From: Eukaryota sp. TZLM1-RC | Lineage: Eukaryota > Protista > Metamonada: BaSk clade | DNA: 64,000 nt | Assembly (NCBI GenBank): GCA_040285825.1 | Contig: JAUPSS010000002.1 | Coordinates: 1,054,001 to 1,118,000, forward strand | Direction of reading: 5' to 3' | Shown here: positions 58,971 through 64,000 of the stretch, in pieces | Numbering within the stretch: position 1 is the first letter of the stretch | Layout of the letters: every line of letters begins with the position of its first letter | The notes under the pieces: generated by a model | Told to the model about the DNA's origin: nothing | Database searches by the model: none | What the model saw: the letters and a program-made list of their open reading frames with translations, nothing else | Translations under genes and position numbers: made by a program

Positions 58971-61900
58971 CTATTCGAGATATTCTTCCAAAGACCACAG
59001 AGTTTTTAAACTTCTTGTCCTGCTCAAGAGAGAACTTCCAGTGGCTGTGGTTTCTGGTTCACTTGGTGTCATTGGAGGTACTGCAATATTAGGAAAATTT
59101 CGCCTTGATGCAAGGGAAGCTGATGAACTGCTAGGAGAAGCCATGTTAATTGATTGTTCAACAGTAGGTAAGTTTGCCATGGAGCCTCGTTGGGCATGAA
59201 TCCTTCCTGAGTGAAGGTTTGCCATTGACCTTGTGTTGACTAGTGGAAGATTGGCCATAGAGTGAGTCGTATTGGGTAAACTAGCCATAGACGGACCCCC
59301 TGCCAAAGGAGGCAGATCATCTGGCAAATGAATCTCCACTCCCTTCTTCACCTCATCCATGGACCATATCTTCGTCCACATCTCAGGATGCATATTCAAA
59401 GAAAGGTAATTGTGGTAATAAGGTACCTTGAGATTAGGATCTTCACTAGAAGGCATCCTTTTTTTGGGAAGGTATTCAAAGAGATTATAAAAAAGAGCAA
59501 AAACTCTAAATAGCGAAAGAAGCAACCTGTAGAAAGGAAAAAGTAAGACAATGATGAGAGGACTTTGGAGGTCTTTTCGTCGACGCAATTTCACATAATT
59601 AAAGGCAAAAAACACAATATACTGAAGTAATATTACTCTGAAATAAATCAAACCAAGAGCTGCCAAATCAGCCATTAAAAAGAAATAAAGAATGATTAAT
59701 AAATGAAAATAGTCTCTCAGAATAGTAAGCATTTCATAGAGGTAAAAAGGCTTGAGAATAATCGTGTTAATGTTCCAATATCGCACAAAATGCTCCAAGT
59801 ACTTAAAAAAGAACCTATGAGCACATGCATCCTGAGGTAAGCTAAACATTTTGGTGGAAAGAGACATACCCAAGATTTGACTCTCTGGTTAAAGAGGGAT
59901 TTTTCGTCTATACAGTGGTCTCCAAATAAATCTTCTCCCAAATGGAAAAGGTCTTCTGGTGCTTGGGTGAGTGCGGGGGTAGCAGCTAAGCATATCAATC
60001 TCTTCATTTTGCCAGTAACACATCGCTCCCTCAAGATAAACCCCATCTGAGCATCTTCACCATGGAAAGCACTGTGGTTAAAAACTGAGTTGTTCAACAA
60101 ACCTGTTATGACATTCCAATACAAAATTCAACTCTTTCTTTTTCCAGATAGAAATTGCGCCACTGAGGTGAAGATAAACAAAGAAAAACATACTGAGGGT
60201 AAGCACAAGTCCCAAACTTTTCTTGAACAAGTTTTAGTAATCCGCTGAGTAAATATTCCATATCCTGGAAAGCAACAAGGAACGATCTCCTCCTCCAAGA
60301 ATTTCGGCATTGAGGTCTATTCATGTCAGCTCTAATGGTGATAACTCCTCCCGCGACGTCATCTTCTGCTAACCGATGGGTCTGCCAGCTCATATCCGCT
60401 GGAATCATGACGTCATCATCCATAATCACGACATATTCTATTTCTGGACGATAAGCTAAAATGTTTTTGTTGACATAATGTAAGCAAAACGTCTTATTAC
60501 CTGTGGGAATGTAGACATAATTGACAGTTCTTCCCCAAGCTTTAACTTTTTTAATGACTTCAATGGTACCATCATTGGGGAAAGGAGTAGGTCTGTTAGC
60601 ATTGTGACAGACATAAACATTACCATTTCCAACACTTCGACTAGCTAATCTTAGGGTTCTTTCAAAGTCAATAGCTTTTTGTTTCTTTAACTCCACCAAA
60701 TCTTCTCTTGACGGAGGTTTAATAAAGTTGTTTTTACAATTATTTAAAATCATATCGGGATCTCTACCTGCAGAGATATGGCTTGCTATAAGAATGGCAA
60801 CATTAGAATTATCATCATTGAACCCCTTTACTACCCTGTGTTCTGGCCAAGAAACACTAAAGAAGGCGAGAATGATGAGAAAATGCTCCAAGCCAAGGAT
60901 GAACAAGGTGATATAAATACTACCAAGTGAATGAAAAAACTTGGTGGCAACAAGAAAGTCTCGGTAAAAGAAAAATAAAAGAATAAACAAAACAAACGCA
61001 AAAACCATCCAAAAAACAATTTCTACCGTGTCTCTTGAACCAGGAGTATATTGTTTCTTTAAGCTTTCAAAGGCTTCAAGCAATCCAATCCAAGTATCAT
61101 TACGGAATACCCTTGCAGGGGGTTCTTCTGGCTGGTAACGTTCCTTGGCAGCAAGAGTTTCTTCGTCTTGGATTAATTCAAACCAATTGTCTGGTAGAGA
61201 GTGGTATTTTTCATTTGAAGTGTTTATTGAACCTTTGAAAAATCCTTTAAATCGTTCAAAAAGAAGTGCCAGAGTCAAAAAGAATATAAATATTGAAATC
61301 AAAAGAAAATCCAGAACATCAAAGCGATCCAAGTCTTCATCATACGCAAAGTACTCAATGCTTATAAAGTTGCAGACAGAATCGTGGGGAGAAGTTATTT
61401 CGACATTGAAACCGAGGAAGTCTACATGTCTGGCCTCTACTTTGATTGCAAATGGTGAATTACCCGTATCGATTCCAGTAATATATACAAAAACTTCAGG
61501 GATTCGTTGAAATTCGAAATTGAAAAAAATTCTTTTTGTAAAAACAAAATTATCCTCAAGGTGAAGTTCCCAGTTACTTGTGTTATTGACTCCAAAAGCC
61601 AACGAACTTCTATCAAAAACATTATACCTCAAGAAAGAAGAATTAAATGCCAACAAAGCGTATCTAATTTGCCTTAAATGTCCCATAGAGATAAAAGATG
61701 TTTCAGCAGAAACCGAATCGTTATATAAGGGATGAGGAACAACTTCATAGTTTGTTTCTATTGAATGGGCTTCTGTGAAGGGATCATCGTAATAGAATCT
61801 TAAACCTCTAAAGGAAAAGAAAACTTCAATATCATCAAAGTATTCGTGATTCATAGGTAGGGTAAAATCACCCAGCCACTCAGTTCCAAAACCCAAGTCA

Positions 61901-64000
61901 TTTGAGTCCAACTGATTGATGTCGGCATCTACAATGGCACTCAGCCCAACTAGTGAAGGATCATCAAAGCAGAGAGTACCAACTGCAAACCAAGAAAGAG
62001 TAATTGAATCTAGGTAAGATTCATCAAAGATGCTGATTCGAATGGTAAAATAATCCAGTTGAGGTCTATTCACCATAATGTCAACCCCAATCTGCTGTGA
62101 AGTCTCAATACCGGCCAAAGAGACGAAAACATGAGGACTTGACTCAAAGGCATTGTTATAGTATATGTCTGTATCAAAAATACTACCCCCACCTCCTCTA
62201 TGAAGTCTCCAAGCCGGTTCCCTGGTGTTGAATTGAATGACGCCCGAGTCTATTTGAAATGCTTCTGGGCAGAGAACGGGGTTAATTACATCAGAAATAG
62301 AGGGTGGTTGAATATAAAAGAAAATAAAAACAAATAAAGCGATAAATGAACTGTAAAAAACAAACGCCTTGACTTTTTTCCAAGTAAAAAAAGACCATCT
62401 ATAAGGTCTTCCTGGCTGAGGTGGTTGGTCGTCGTTGGTCTCTTGATTTTGGTTGACTTCTGATTCATCATTTCCGTCCTGATCAGTACCTACATCAGTT
62501 TCGGTAACATAAACACAATCAGAAGGTAGTTCCACGTCGATAGAGTTAGATTCGCCTTCATCACCATCATTTAATTGATCATTTGATTGATCAGTTTCCG
62601 ACTGACGACCACCAGACCCAAACACCTTTTCCCCCACAAGTTTCAAATCATTAACATCCTTGACACTTACTCGGGACGGTAATTGCTTCACATCATCCAC
62701 CTCCTCACCACTACTATCCATGCTAGCTGTTTCCCCGCTACTGTTTTCGTCTTCTGTGGAGTGGTATTCGAGATCAAGACCAGTAAACTTGGAAAGTTCT
62801 GCTGTGAATTCGGGTTGAGAAACTTTCTGTAAATGACCATTTTTTGGTTCTTTTTCTTTTGTCTTCTCTTGCTCTCCTTCACTCTCAAGTTCAGATTCCT
62901 CCGTGTCTCCAAGTTTTTCAAGCATGGGATCTGTATCGCCTTGGAATTTCTGCCCCCTAATCAAACCTATTCTTCTGAAAAATAAACAAGTGTTGAGGGA
63001 ATCGTGGACATCTTTGGGGTTTAAAGAAAGATTTGCAATCATTTGAATTCTAGGGCAATATTGTAGAATAAACCTTAGAACGGAGGTGAATAAGCAGTTC
63101 CTATAAGGAATGTGGGTCTTTTTGGAGGTAATTGCATTTAAAACCCCTTCCAAGAAGAACAGACTCTTATTGATCTTTACAGATTCATTAAAAAAGGGAG
63201 AATTTTTTCCCGACTCCTTATCAAAAGCCGCCAAGTCTACCAAAACTAACTTTGAATGGGTTTGTAATTGTCTGGAAACTAAATGAATTGAGAAAATACC
63301 ATGCCCTCTTGTAGACAACATATTAGATTTAGTTTTTCTTATAGTTCTAAATTCAGTACCCCTTGCCAGTTTTACCATTGCATCTCTTAGATCATCAACC
63401 TTGACTTGTCTCAGTCCTGGAATGATGCTGATTTGCTGGTTGGCAGATGCAGACATCACTAGTGAAGTGTTTAATTGAACAGGGCTTTTCTCACCTCTAT
63501 TGTTCTCTTCAATAGAAAGTAAGTCTGAAACACCCTCGCCATGAACTTCGAAATAAGACAAATGAACTTCTTGATCATCAGAAAGATTGTTGAAAATACA
63601 CTTTAAGCACCGTGGAATTAACCCCATAGTTTCGGTGGTGTTTTCAAGAGGTGATCCAAATAAGGTGTAACTTTTCCCTGCACCTGATCCTCCGTGATTC
63701 ATTATAGTTGTTGATTTATTTGCAAATAAGGCTGAAATACTTGGAACTGCAACTTCCTTGAATATAGCCAAGTTATCTTTTGTAAAAACTCTGGTAAAGG
63801 GAAAAGACCACGTTTCCTTCGTGTTGTTGACGCCTTGTTGTGTATTGGTTCTAGGGATCTTCATAATGATGGAATCTGTTGCGTCATCAAGTTCAATGGG
63901 AGACTGGTCGGGATAAGGCTTGAGTCGGCAGAAAACCGCTATTGGTTTTATTGTTTTCCTTTGTCTAGTTGGACTAGAAAGTTCAACTTCATCTCTGTCG
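58971..64000 (-). CDS. Kinesin motor - H-type lectin x3 - GT2 processive glycosyltransferase fusion (5' end outside the window; introns 60163-60193, 60103-60132, 59832-59869)
   Basis: IAVFCRLKP, GGSGAGKSYT, LSYFEVHGE, HIPYRNCLFT; TM; lectin-like repeats; TMs; MDDD, spliced YPHGAISIWKRK, GED, QRVKSW; C-terminal TMs. Confidence 0.85.

Noticed and set aside
60103-60132. In-frame TGA as evidence for an alternative genetic code or readthrough
   Set aside because: It lies in a 30-nt GT-AG intron that fits the local consensus, and TGA terminates other genes normally (e.g. 1969, 4955).
27728-64000. PMM, treS and GT2 as a carbohydrate gene cluster
   Set aside because: PMM is about 30 kb away among unrelated housekeeping genes, and the treS/GT2 adjacency alone is not evidence.

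Overview
This is AT-rich, gene-dense eukaryotic DNA, probably from a protist; a metamonad-like lineage is plausible from the intron style but not proven. About 19 host genes are present: a TALE homeobox gene, TFIIIC-tau95, CstF-77, an SGF29-like gene, PMM, PAC4, SAS10, TEL2, a CH/coiled-coil protein, a SAC3/THP3-like gene, a PAP/OAS1-like nucleotidyltransferase, LSM12, a bacterial-type TreS, a kinesin-lectin-GT2 fusion and several unknowns. Introns are mostly 29-38 nt. The genes are separated by nested transposon debris: four families of CRE/R2-like non-LTR retrotransposons (RT plus restriction-like endonuclease), Ty3/gypsy LTR elements, pogo-like TIR elements, and remnants of three Fanzor (eukaryotic TnpB) families. 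Two observations stand out. (1) Fanzor 3' ends, the putative omegaRNA scaffolds, sit co-oriented just upstream of six host start codons. In three of these (PMM, SAC3-like, LSM12) a conserved terminal hairpin is followed by exactly 2 nt and then ATGAC, the host start codon. (2) One large gene fuses a divergent kinesin motor, three H-type lectin-like domains and a processive GT2 polysaccharide synthase. All calls are motif recognition by eye with no searches run, and TE fragment boundaries are approximate unless a TSD or TIR is quoted.
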